A stretch of 59,178 nt of DNA from a virus (lineage: Duplodnaviria; Caudoviricetes), in the IMG/VR virus record IMGVR_UViG_3300012940_001187, positions 1-59,178 of that record; one strand, written 5' to 3'. The number at the start of each line of letters is the position of its first letter. The stretch's first letter is position 1. Under the pieces are notes generated by a model. It was not told the origin of the DNA. It saw only the letters and a list, made by a program, of their open reading frames with translations, and searched no databases. Positions 28,791 to 38,181 of the stretch are shown here, one piece after another. Both the position numbers and the translations under genes were made by a program.

Positions 28791-29963
28791 CTACACCGGC
28801 CACAACATCGGTGCGCTCGGTGCATCGTTGAGCATGTCGAACGACCACGCGGGCATCGCTACCGCTCGATCGAACTCGGCATCGGTGAGCGGGCGATCGA
28901 AGAACGTCACGTCGGATATCCCGCCGTCAAGATGGAACGATTGTGCGTCAGTCGAACCGATGAAGATCCCGCCGGGAATGTTGTTGACAATGGCGCCGCG
29001 CGTGCCAGTGGCAACCTGATACGTTGCCGTGGCTGGGACGTATTTCTTCAGCGTGATATCCGGCCCGTCCCACGCGCAATAGCCGATAACCTGACTGCCG
29101 ACGTCCATCCCTGCTGCGTTGAGAAAAATGTTGGTGTTGGCGCCGTTTGCTGAGGCAAGGAGCTCAAGGCCATCGTCCGATCGCACGCGGATATTGAGCA
29201 GGTCGTTGCCGGCAGATGCGATGCCAGCGCGTATCACCATCTGCAAATTGCCGGTATCCGTGAGGCGCACGAAGCGAGCCATGTACGCACCGCGCGCGGG
29301 GGAAATGTGCCCGGCGGCCAGGTACGAGAGGGTCGTGAGCGCCCGGGTCGTGTCGGTGTAGCTCGTCGCGTAGGCTTTGCGCTCGAATTGTCCCGCGTCA
29401 ATCTTGATGGTCGAGGCCGTTGCGCCGGTCCCGGCGATGAGCGTGGCCTGTGTGGCGTTGGCGGGGGCGATGCCGCTCACCACCTTGCGCTCCCAACCAG
29501 CACCGGCAAATACCCCTGACGCATCACTGATGTTGAGGCTCGCCCCACCACCGTCTCGCCATGAAATCCGTAATGACCACTCGCTTCCCGGCGATCCCTT
29601 CATATCGAATGCAAAAGCGTATGGTTGTCCTGCTGTGACCGCGAGATTTGGAGAAGTCGCAGCTCCCCAGTCTTTGTTTGTGCCGGATGGCGTTGTCACC
29701 TGGAGACATGCGATCCCATCGGAAGCGTCTGTAGCGATGCGGTCTATAGTGACGCCTGATCCCCGATTTACCCACCCTGTGGTATCGACCTCGAAGCTCG
29801 GATTCGGCACGAGATTGGTTGTCGCTTCCTCCGCGTAGTACCCCCTGCCGCCGGACAAAAACCGCTCCGGACCAGCCTTCGTTGATGGCCCTACGGCACC
29901 GGATCGATCGCGCCCAACGAAATCGGCCTTGAGCGGCAGATGCAGCGTGCAGGGGTTGCTCAC
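28791..29963 (-). CDS. Carbohydrate-binding module plus LamG-like jelly-roll protein, probably virion-associated
   Basis: EEATTNLVPNPSFE, ATSY, IFIGS...GGISDVTFFDRPLTDAE. Confidence 0.7.
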   Translation of the reverse strand: MSNPCTLHLPLKADFVGRDRSGAVGPSTKAGPERFLSGGRGYYAEEATTNLVPNPSFEVDTTGWVNRGSGVTIDRIATDASDGIACLQVTTPSGTNKDWGAATSPNLAVTAGQPYAFAFDMKGSPGSEWSLRISWRDGGGASLNISDASGVFAGAGWERKVVSGIAPANATQATLIAGTGATASTIKIDAGQFERKAYATSYTDTTRALTTLSYLAAGHISPARGAYMARFVRLTDTGNLQMVIRAGIASAGNDLLNIRVRSDDGLELLASANGANTNIFLNAAGMDVGSQVIGYCAWDGPDITLKKYVPATATYQVATGTRGAIVNNIPGGIFIGSTDAQSFHLDGGISDVTFFDRPLTDAEFDRAVAMPAWSFDMLNDAPSAPMLWPV

Positions 29964-29964
29964 G

Positions 29965-30315
29965 CTAGGCCTCTGGCTCTTCTGCCGGCTCGGGCGCGGT
30001 GATCTGCCCGTACTCGATCCAAACTGTCTGTATTGCGTTCAACAACTGCGGATCATCCAAATCGCCGGTGTTGTTGAGGTTGGCTTGCGAGCTATGGGCC
30101 AGCACCCAGACGGCAATGCGCTGGGCATGGGAGTTGAGCCCCTCAAGCACCTGGCGAGCAAACGCAACCTGGGCCGGATAGGTCGGATCTTCGTAGACCG
30201 AGCCCTCGGTCAAATAGATAAGGAAGACCGCGTGCTGAGCGAGCGCCTGGCTCACGCGGGCAAGAAATCCGGTATCCCGGACGGCCGCATCACGCTCCTG
30301 ATACGTCATTGGCAT
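29965..30315 (-). CDS. Hypothetical protein
   Basis: ATG 30315 with AAGGAG SD. Confidence 0.7.
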   Translation of the reverse strand: MPMTYQERDAAVRDTGFLARVSQALAQHAVFLIYLTEGSVYEDPTYPAQVAFARQVLEGLNSHAQRIAVWVLAHSSQANLNNTGDLDDPQLLNAIQTVWIEYGQITAPEPAEEPEA

Positions 30316-30329
30316 GGTTGGCTCCTTCC

Positions 30330-31010
30330 TTAGCGCTTGCCGTACAGCACGATGGTTCGTGCAGCGCTTTCGGTCGCGCTCGAGACGACGCGAATAAACG
30401 CACATTTGCCGATCTCAGCCGGGAGATCGATCCAGCGATTCGGGGCAACCGGCACGGTGATGATGTAGCCGTATCGGTCATAGACCGGCTGCAGGGTGCC
30501 CGCAAGCGTGTTCGTTGCCTGGAATGTGATCGAGGTGCCGTCGAAGGCGGACGGCATGATGATCGACACCGCGGAGTACGACGAGATATCGAGATTTGCC
30601 GCCGAGACCGACTGCCCACTATTGATAATGATGTTTAGTGCTCCACCGGAGCGATTGAGCACTACCCCGCTCGCAATGGTGTTGAGACGGACGAAGCACG
30701 CCTTCAGGATCGCGTTGATGGTCCCGTCGCCTGACCCGGACCAAACGGTGTCACTCGAAGCGCCAAGGGTCGCGACTCGGGCGGCAATCCGCTTCCAGAT
30801 CGAGATCCCGCTCGGGCTCGGATCGCTCTCATTCCAGGCGGCATCGCTCTTCGCGCCGATTGCCTCGTCGGCGCCGTCGGCGATCGTGACAGCGCTGGCG
30901 CCGCCTCCCCCACCCTCCTGACCCACGACATAGCGGGCCGGGATGAGCGTTCCGTCGACATCTGCGTAGGTTTCTTCCTGTGCCGGTTTGCGAATGATGT
31001 CGACCATCAC
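30330..31010 (-). CDS. Hypothetical, probable structural protein
   Basis: Overlaps portal stop; Gly/Ser-rich beta C-terminus. Confidence 0.65.
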   Translation of the reverse strand: MMVDIIRKPAQEETYADVDGTLIPARYVVGQEGGGGGASAVTIADGADEAIGAKSDAAWNESDPSPSGISIWKRIAARVATLGASSDTVWSGSGDGTINAILKACFVRLNTIASGVVLNRSGGALNIIINSGQSVSAANLDISSYSAVSIIMPSAFDGTSITFQATNTLAGTLQPVYDRYGYIITVPVAPNRWIDLPAEIGKCAFIRVVSSATESAARTIVLYGKR

Positions 31011-33463
31011 TCTGCCTCCTTCTCAACGACCAGCGGATTCCAGCGGCGGGCAAGATCCGGGCAATCGACGCAATGCCCCTCCGCCGGGCCGAGGTGCCAG
31101 GTCACATCCACCGTCGTTTCGCGCTGCTCAAACGTGAGGTGGCACTGACATGCGCCCAGGCATTCGGTGTGGCCCGAACCGGGCCATTGCTCGAGTCGGA
31201 TTCCGAATGCGCCGGCAATCCCCTTGAAGAGATTCGCCCGGGTCGATGCCGGATAGAGCCGTGCGCGCGCTTTGATCTGATTCGGCGTCAGCTCGCCGGC
31301 AATAACCTTCTCGACATAGCCGCGGGCAAACTCCTGCTGGATCAGCGCCTCTTCCCCGGCAGCAGCCCGCGCAGCGTCATCCATCATGTTGATTCCGCCA
31401 CGGCCAGCCATATAACCGGCGAGCACGCCGCGCGTAACCCGGTCGCGGAATTCGCGATCGAACGAGCGGACCGTCATGTCCCCGGCCGTTAAGGCATCGG
31501 TCAGTGCATCGATCCTGTCAACCTGGTAGTCCACGACCGGCGCGGCAAGATCGGCGAGCGCTTTCTGCTCAAGCCGATCGTTCGTCGCGACATCGATGTA
31601 TTCGTTCGCGCTTCGGTCGTAGACCCAGTCGGCGCCGGCGACTTTTGCCTGCTCGATAGTGACTCCGCCCTCATGCTCGTCGTCGGCAAGTAACAGCGCA
31701 TCGAGCAGCGTGTCGTGCGGGGCTTCGTGCGCCGCCGCCCAGATCACGGTCGCATCGCTCAAAATGTCGGCATCCGGGACAAAGCGATCAGGCAGATCGG
31801 GCAGGTTGCCGGGCGCCTCCGGCACGAACGGCTCGACCTCGCGTTGCTCTGGTTCTGCCGGTTTTCTCCCCTTCTCTTCGCCGGCGTCGAGCGGTTCCGG
31901 CTGTTCGCCGGCCGGAGTCTGCTCCCCTGGCTCATCCGTTGCTTCTTGCGGTTCCGGCGCTGGCGGCGGGGCCGGCGCTCGCTTCTTGACCGCGGCTGGA
32001 TGACCGACGGCGTGCATGGATGCTTCATCACGATCGGCATACCCGAGCGCCTCCATCTTCTCCGCATTCGCGAGCTTGAGCGTCAGGGTCTGTTCGTCGC
32101 GCAGCTCCTCGGATGCACGCAATTCGGCGAACGTCACCTTGACATCGGCGGCAATGCCCTGGACTTCGAGGGAAAGCGTTAGCAGATAGCCGAGCAGGCT
32201 TTCCGCCAGGTGCTGCAGCGACTTGATGCCGGCGGCATACACCTCCCACTGGCGATTAGCGTTTGCCTCGCTGGTGCCCTGCGCGTCTCCCATCATCAGC
32301 GGCATCGTCTTGAGCGCCTTGATCAGCATGCGCTCCAGCGCCGCGATCACCGAGTCGATCCCGCGCAGCGAGTTGTCCGATACCGCGCCTTTCGCCTGGC
32401 CGACCTCGACGGCGTCGGTATGGACGTAGGCTTCCTCCGGCTGTACCTCCGAGTAATCTTTCGCGATGTCGTCGATGACGCCACCCAGCGCCTCACGGAT
32501 CTCATTGAAGTCCGCGTCCTCGGGGAACATCGCTTTGATGCCTTCGAGCTTGACGGTGAGATCGGTCTTCGGATAGCCCGCCTGGGCGATGACACGACGC
32601 ACATCGCCCAGGAGGCCGATGAGGAAGAGCGCGGGAAAGACGGCCGGCGCGATCGGCGAGACACCGTAGGGAGAGCCGACCGCCGGATCAAGCGGGATGT
32701 AGCGGACGGTCGGGCGTTCGATGCTGACGTAGCCCTTCCCGCCCTGCCACTGCACGAGCTCGTAGCGCTCGCCGAGCTCTTCGTCTTGGACCAGTCGGAA
32801 GGCCACCGAATAGGGATCGGGCAGCGAGATGTCGATCGGAGTGCGCCCTTGCTCATCGAGCACGAGCTCGGCCAAGAAGGCGCCGCGGGTCAGCCCGCTC
32901 ATGAAGAGCCGGCCATTGATCACTTTCATCGATCCATAGCGATCGCTCAGGAGATCGATAAACTCGTTGAGCTTCGCTTTGGCCGCTTCGTACGGGCGAT
33001 CCGTGCCGGGATAAAACGCATCGATCTCATGGCCAGGATCGAGGAGGCGGAGCGCATCCCAGACGGCACGTGAAACATCCGGCGAGGCGCTGCGGAGGAC
33101 ATCGAATAGCTTGCCCGGGCCCATGCGCTCGAAGGTCTCCGAGCTCAGGTCGAGCTTGTCCCAATGCTCATTGATGTGGGACGGAGGGATGATCGCCGTC
33201 AATGGGGATTGGAACAGGCCGCCGGTCTGCGTCTTCTTGACCACCGGCGCACGTTTGCTGAGTTTCGGCTTCCTGGCCGGTGCCTTACCTGATCGAGTCT
33301 GCCGCTCTCTCACCAGCTGTAGATCGCGGGCGACCGTCGTTCGGGAGATACCGAGTCGACGCGCTACCTCGGATTTCGACAGCCCTTCCCTGACCAGCTC
33401 CTGCGCTTTGAGCGCTCGCATGGCCGGATCGGCGTGCTCGGATTGTCTGGTATTGGCAGCCAT
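31007..33463 (-). CDS. Portal protein with N-terminal HTH and C-terminal head-morphogenesis (MuF-like) extension
   Basis: SPYGVSPI portal motif; GLSKSEVARRLGISRTTVARDL; C-terminal CLGACQC and HCVDC. Confidence 0.8.
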   Translation of the reverse strand: MAANTRQSEHADPAMRALKAQELVREGLSKSEVARRLGISRTTVARDLQLVRERQTRSGKAPARKPKLSKRAPVVKKTQTGGLFQSPLTAIIPPSHINEHWDKLDLSSETFERMGPGKLFDVLRSASPDVSRAVWDALRLLDPGHEIDAFYPGTDRPYEAAKAKLNEFIDLLSDRYGSMKVINGRLFMSGLTRGAFLAELVLDEQGRTPIDISLPDPYSVAFRLVQDEELGERYELVQWQGGKGYVSIERPTVRYIPLDPAVGSPYGVSPIAPAVFPALFLIGLLGDVRRVIAQAGYPKTDLTVKLEGIKAMFPEDADFNEIREALGGVIDDIAKDYSEVQPEEAYVHTDAVEVGQAKGAVSDNSLRGIDSVIAALERMLIKALKTMPLMMGDAQGTSEANANRQWEVYAAGIKSLQHLAESLLGYLLTLSLEVQGIAADVKVTFAELRASEELRDEQTLTLKLANAEKMEALGYADRDEASMHAVGHPAAVKKRAPAPPPAPEPQEATDEPGEQTPAGEQPEPLDAGEEKGRKPAEPEQREVEPFVPEAPGNLPDLPDRFVPDADILSDATVIWAAAHEAPHDTLLDALLLADDEHEGGVTIEQAKVAGADWVYDRSANEYIDVATNDRLEQKALADLAAPVVDYQVDRIDALTDALTAGDMTVRSFDREFRDRVTRGVLAGYMAGRGGINMMDDAARAAAGEEALIQQEFARGYVEKVIAGELTPNQIKARARLYPASTRANLFKGIAGAFGIRLEQWPGSGHTECLGACQCHLTFEQRETTVDVTWHLGPAEGHCVDCPDLARRWNPLVVEKEAE

Positions 33464-33477
33464 TGAGTTCCAAATGG

Positions 33478-33906
33478 TTACGAATCTGGTACTTTCTGGA
33501 ACTCAGTATGACATGAAGAAAGGTCTGTTCTCACACGCGGTGTCCCAATTTGTGCACGTCGAACGCGGGCCTCCAGGTTCTGCAGCTTCTCGGCTATTTC
33601 GGGCACATCGCAGCCGGCATCCAGCAGTCCGTAGACGTACGCCACACGGTAGCCGACTTCGCGGGTATCGTCCTGTTTCGTAATCCCACGAAGGAACAGC
33701 CGGTTGATGCGCTTGATATAGGTGTAGACCGTGGCGCGGCTGATTCCGAGACACTCGCCGATATCGGTGTAGTTGTAGCCAGCGATGCGAAGAATGAGGA
33801 TGTTGCGCAATCGCGGCGAGAGGCGATCGCTCGGCCGTTCTTCCTCATCCCACTCCATGTCCGCGGCGGGCAGCGGTGACACGGCTTTCCTGCGATCTGA
33901 TTCCAC
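33478..33906 (-). CDS. Sigma region 4 / LuxR-like HTH regulator
   Basis: LSPRLRNILILRIAGYNYTDIGECLGISRATVYTY. Confidence 0.8.
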   Translation of the reverse strand: MESDRRKAVSPLPAADMEWDEEERPSDRLSPRLRNILILRIAGYNYTDIGECLGISRATVYTYIKRINRLFLRGITKQDDTREVGYRVAYVYGLLDAGCDVPEIAEKLQNLEARVRRAQIGTPRVRTDLSSCHTEFQKVPDS

Positions 33907-33908
33907 GG

Positions 33909-35483
33909 TTACCGTCCTCTCCCCGGCTTGGCAATGCGGTTATCGCGCGCCCGTGCCGTCAGCACCGGAAGCGTCGTCTGCTCTTCCTCCACATCCGGTG
34001 GATTGATGTACCAGTAATGCGCCATCATCGAAGTGGTGTCAACCTGGTCGTCGTGCGTAGCTTTCGGGAAGCTCCCGTGTTCTTCGACGAACGGCTCTAC
34101 CCAGATCGCCGCGCCCGGAATCGCCATCGCGTCAGGAATGCCGAAGACTCCCGATTTGACGTAGCCGCTCGACGCTTTCGCCCGCGCCGTCTTGTCCGGC
34201 TCGCCGGGGTTGTAGTCAATGACCGGAATACCCTCGCGCACCAGGTCCTGTATCAGCGAGGTTCCGGCCGACTTGTCTTCAACCACAAACTCGATCTCGA
34301 GCCCGCGACGCCGCAGCGCCTTCAGCCGCTCCCAGTGCGCTTTCGCGCGTGTCTTCAGATCGGGGTATTCAAGCTTGTCGCGATCGAGATCGACCAGGTT
34401 CGCCTGACCTTCCAGCGTCATCGCCCACCAGGCAAACACCGAATAGTCGTTTTCCTGCTTCGCCTTCATCGCGGCATCGAGAAAGATGGCGATCTTCTTG
34501 GCAGTGTGAATGAGGACCGAAGGATCTTCCTGGTAGCGCCGCCACCAGTGTTTCTTGTAGACACCGCCGGCGAGCGGAGCGGGCCGCTGCCCGTACTGCG
34601 CCGCGAAGTCATACGGCCCCATCTCGATTTCCATGCGGCGGAGAACTTCCTCATCCTCGCGTTCTGGCCAGAGCGGATCGCCGGCTTCGACGGTCTTCGT
34701 TTTGCCACTCAGTGGGAAGACGTAGGTTGTCCGCTCGGGCGCTGGTGATGGCAGGCAGAAGTGCTCGTATCCCATCTCGATGCAATGGGAGGCAAGATCA
34801 TGCTCGTGCAGGCGCTGCATGATGACGATGATCGGCCCGTTCTTCTTGTCGTTGAGACGGGTCACCAGGCCCTTGCGGAAGTAGGTGATCACCGCTTCGC
34901 GCTCGAGATCGGATTCAACCCTGGTCGCATTGTGCGGATCATCGACGACGAGGATGTCACCGCCGAATCCCATCAGCTGCCCGCCGATCGGCGAAGCCTT
35001 CATGCTCCCACCGGCCGTGTTGGCAAACTGTGTCTTCAGGTTCTCGCCGTGCTTCAGGCGAACGCGCTTTCCGAATTTCGCCCGGTACTGCGGCGACTGG
35101 ATGATGTCGCGGCGATCGACGCTGTGTTTCGTCGCCAGTTCGGACGCATAGGACGCGAACATGAATTCGAGACTCGGCTTCCGAGTCCACATGTAGGTGG
35201 GCCAGCCGACCGTCGCGGTGAGCGACTTCATATGACGGGGAGGGACATTCAAGAGGACTCGCGTCAATTCGCCATCGGCGACCGCCTGGAAAATCTCGCA
35301 CATGTAGCCGATGTGCCAGCCGTCGATGAACGGGTTGTCCGGCTCCATGACCGGCCAGATGAAGTTCATGTAGTCGCGAAACGTCATCGTCTCGATCGGA
35401 GACTCGTCGAGCGCCTCGAGCGAATCGACAATCGTTTCCGCAAAGAGACTGAATGCGTTCGGTTTAGCCAGCGAGAGCGTCAT
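33909..35483 (-). CDS. terL: Terminase large subunit
   Basis: PPRHMKS Walker A, VVDDPH Walker B, MQRLHEHDL, EDKSAG, HDDQVD. Confidence 0.95.
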   Translation of the reverse strand: MTLSLAKPNAFSLFAETIVDSLEALDESPIETMTFRDYMNFIWPVMEPDNPFIDGWHIGYMCEIFQAVADGELTRVLLNVPPRHMKSLTATVGWPTYMWTRKPSLEFMFASYASELATKHSVDRRDIIQSPQYRAKFGKRVRLKHGENLKTQFANTAGGSMKASPIGGQLMGFGGDILVVDDPHNATRVESDLEREAVITYFRKGLVTRLNDKKNGPIIVIMQRLHEHDLASHCIEMGYEHFCLPSPAPERTTYVFPLSGKTKTVEAGDPLWPEREDEEVLRRMEIEMGPYDFAAQYGQRPAPLAGGVYKKHWWRRYQEDPSVLIHTAKKIAIFLDAAMKAKQENDYSVFAWWAMTLEGQANLVDLDRDKLEYPDLKTRAKAHWERLKALRRRGLEIEFVVEDKSAGTSLIQDLVREGIPVIDYNPGEPDKTARAKASSGYVKSGVFGIPDAMAIPGAAIWVEPFVEEHGSFPKATHDDQVDTTSMMAHYWYINPPDVEEEQTTLPVLTARARDNRIAKPGRGR

Positions 35484-36156
35484 GGTTCGGGCCCCGGTCG
35501 ATCGAGATCAGCGCCGCGAAATCCTGCTTGATCAGTTGCACGACCATCGGGTCTTTCACACGCTCTCGAATGATACTGACTAACGTCTGCGCCAGCGTGA
35601 TCACTTGCGACGCCGTTACGACGTTCTGCTCGTCGGTGAGGATCATGCGCTGCGTGTTCGCGAGCTTGCGCCGGAGATCGATGGCTTTCTGAATCTGCTC
35701 CCAGATCGCGCCGTCGGTTCGCTCCCGAGTGATCGCGGCTTCGAGCACCTGGAGGCTGTGGTTCATGCCCTCGACGTCTCCGGCTTTTCGCTTTTCGGCA
35801 AACCCGGCCCATGCCATGTCGATTTCCTCGAGCCGGCCGTTCGGATCGCCTGCATCGATCTTCCCGATCAGCTCGGCAATCCTCGCATCGAGCACGCCGA
35901 TCTCGGATGAGAGGTGAATCAGCTGCGGATCAGTGACGCTCCGCTCGTACGCATCGACCAGGCGCTCAGGTAGATCGGCGGAGTAGCGGCCGATCTTCGC
36001 TGTGGTCTTTCCGCCCTTCCAGTTCGGATGATCGGCGCCGCGCAGCGATCGTCCGCCATGGTGATAGCAGACATCACGACCGTTCATCGCGTTCGCTTTA
36101 CACCGCTCGCCCGTCCGTTTTGATGTCGCTGTGCACTGTTTCGCCGGCATGATCAT
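35464..36156 (-). CDS. Terminase small subunit, HGGxSTG type
   Basis: CTATSKRTGERC...CYHHGGRS immediately upstream of terL. Confidence 0.75.
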   Translation of the reverse strand: MIMPAKQCTATSKRTGERCKANAMNGRDVCYHHGGRSLRGADHPNWKGGKTTAKIGRYSADLPERLVDAYERSVTDPQLIHLSSEIGVLDARIAELIGKIDAGDPNGRLEEIDMAWAGFAEKRKAGDVEGMNHSLQVLEAAITRERTDGAIWEQIQKAIDLRRKLANTQRMILTDEQNVVTASQVITLAQTLVSIIRERVKDPMVVQLIKQDFAALISIDRGPNHDALAG

Positions 36157-36191
36157 TCACTCAAGAGGTCAGTACGCGGATATGAGGACGG

Positions 36192-36770
36192 TTACCGTTC
36201 GAACTCGCAGCCGCACTCGGGACAGATCACCATTCGCGGCTGGCTACCCTGCCGGATGAACGGCGGCTCGAAGCCCTTCAGCGGGATCGGTGCTTCATCG
36301 TCTTCATCATCGTCGAGTTCATCCGGAGCGGCGAGCGCAGCGGCCGAGGGAATCACTCCGGCATCGGCTGCCAGTTTGGTCAGGAGTTGCATCACGGCCG
36401 GATTCGTCGATATCGTTTCTTGGAGGAGGCTCGTTGCCTTCTCGCGATCGAGCTGGGCGAGCTCGGCGATCGGGTCGAATGTGGCCAGTGCGCGCCGCTC
36501 TTCGTCTGGAGTGAGATCGACCAGCGTCACCGGCAGCGTTTCCACACCGGCAGCCGTCGCTTCCTCGAGCCGCATGTGGCCGTCGATAAGGTGGCCGGTC
36601 CGCTTATTGACGATCAGCGGAGCGATAAAGCCGACCTCTTCGATCACGCCACGGAAGGCCTTCCGCTGCCGATCCGGATGAGAACGGGGATTGAGCGGGT
36701 TGCCGGTCAGCTCCGAGATAGGCAAGTCGGCGTGGCCGACGATCTTGTTCTTCCAGAATGGATCGCCCAT
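36192..36770 (-). CDS. ParB N-terminal domain protein with C-terminal zinc ribbon
   Basis: NPRSH, GFIAPLIV, IDGHMR, CPECG. Confidence 0.85.
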   Translation of the reverse strand: MGDPFWKNKIVGHADLPISELTGNPLNPRSHPDRQRKAFRGVIEEVGFIAPLIVNKRTGHLIDGHMRLEEATAAGVETLPVTLVDLTPDEERRALATFDPIAELAQLDREKATSLLQETISTNPAVMQLLTKLAADAGVIPSAAALAAPDELDDDEDDEAPIPLKGFEPPFIRQGSQPRMVICPECGCEFER

Positions 36771-37098
36771 CAGCTTCTCTCGCTTTCAGTGGCCGCACGA
36801 CGTTCGCAACGCCAGCGACATATGCCGTCTTCATTCGTATCGAACTGTTCTCCTCCGGCCAGATGTCGTGTTCCTGGAGTTCGCCGAGCCGAAGATCAAA
36901 CTGATCGCCAACTTGGGGTTGGTATTCGACGGCCGCGAACTGTTCCGTTTCGATGAAGAGGATGTCAGGTCGTTCACCGGTGTGCCGCTCAAGGACGACT
37001 ATCGAACCCAGCCGAGACGTGCAGGTTACGCGCATCGTCATTCCAGTCTGATCGAAAGAAGGCCCGAATCGATCACGGTCTCGCCATTCGATATACAT
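36604..37098 (-). CDS. Hypothetical protein (3' end overlaps ParB-like gene)
   Basis: Fills operon gap; 167-bp overlap makes the end doubtful. Confidence 0.4.
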   Translation of the reverse strand: MYIEWRDRDRFGPSFDQTGMTMRVTCTSRLGSIVVLERHTGERPDILFIETEQFAAVEYQPQVGDQFDLRLGELQEHDIWPEENSSIRMKTAYVAGVANVVRPLKAREADGRSILEEQDRRPRRLAYLGADRQPAQSPFSSGSAAEGLPWRDRRGRLYRSADRQ

Positions 37099-37377
37099 TC
37101 AGGAGCTTTCCCTTCGCTTGCCGGGCTCCGCTGTGACGGCTCGACCGATCGTGGTCAACGCCTCGATCACCTTTGCCTGAGCGTGCTCGGCATGTGCGGC
37201 TTTCACCGTGACCGCGCAGTAAACGCGATACTCGCCTGAGTGGTCGGTATCGTGGCAGACAGGACAGTGCCACCCGGGCGCCGGGCCGAACCAGATCGTG
37301 CAGGGGCCGTGACAGCGGGGACATCGCGGCCCGGCGTACTCCGAGCTGTCAGGATCAAACCGAGGCTCCAGGCTCAT
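37099..37377 (-). CDS. Small zinc-finger protein
   Basis: CPRC...CPVC; ATGA overlap. Confidence 0.55.
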   Translation of the reverse strand: MSLEPRFDPDSSEYAGPRCPRCHGPCTIWFGPAPGWHCPVCHDTDHSGEYRVYCAVTVKAAHAEHAQAKVIEALTTIGRAVTAEPGKRRESS

Positions 37378-37883
37378 TCATCAGGCTCCGATACGCCGAA
37401 GGTGGCATCGCGCTCATTCACCAACACCAATAGAATGAACCGCAGCTCCTTGGCAATTTCATTCGCCGCTTTTTTCCGCTCATCGTTATGGCGATCCGAG
37501 AATGTGATGTTGAATTGATCGGTTAGGCGATTGACGGCACTGACGATCGCCTCTTTCTTCATGAGAATCGCCATCGCCGTGAGATTGAGAAGCTCAGTAT
37601 TCGCCTCGTCGAGCTTTGCGAGCGAGTAGTAGTTATTCTCGTCGGCACGGCCAAACAGGCGGTGTTCGTTGTAGTCCCGGACGGTCACCGCGTTGGTAGC
37701 GATCCGCATCACATTCGAAGCACTCGCGATCATTTGGTCGATCAAAGTCCGCCTATCAATCTCGCGCGCCTCTCGCCTCCGCTCCTCGCGATCAACATTG
37801 CGTTGATAGCGGATACCGAGAATGGTGGCGCCCCCGGTCATGGCGCCACCGATCACGCTAGCAACGACGGTAGCCCAGTCCAT
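37374..37883 (-). CDS. Membrane-anchored hypothetical protein
   Basis: N-terminal TM helix (MDWATVVASVIGGAMTGGATILG) then charged helix. Confidence 0.7.
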   Translation of the reverse strand: MDWATVVASVIGGAMTGGATILGIRYQRNVDREERRREAREIDRRTLIDQMIASASNVMRIATNAVTVRDYNEHRLFGRADENNYYSLAKLDEANTELLNLTAMAILMKKEAIVSAVNRLTDQFNITFSDRHNDERKKAANEIAKELRFILLVLVNERDATFGVSEPDE

Positions 37884-37884
37884 T

Positions 37885-38133
37885 TCAGCCTCGATCCGCT
37901 GATGCAGTCGCTTCCGCCGCTCGCTTGATGAGATCAGCAAGGTCATGGGCAGCGTGCGGAGGCAGCCAAACGGAGCCATCGAGCCATTGGCCGGTCTTTG
38001 AGCTGATCACCACCTCGTGATCGTTGCACGTCACCTGGTATTCACGTTGATCGCCCATCAATCCCTTGAATCGCACGGAGCCGATAACCCGCCACGGCGT
38101 TTCTTCAGGGACCCGGGGTTGCCTTCTCGTCAT
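37885..38133 (-). CDS. Hypothetical protein
   Basis: 82 aa co-oriented ORF. Confidence 0.55.
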   Translation of the reverse strand: MTRRQPRVPEETPWRVIGSVRFKGLMGDQREYQVTCNDHEVVISSKTGQWLDGSVWLPPHAAHDLADLIKRAAEATASADRG

Positions 38134-38181
38134 TGTTCCAGTCCCCGATCCTTTTTCGACGGCGGGATTACCGTCAGGACC

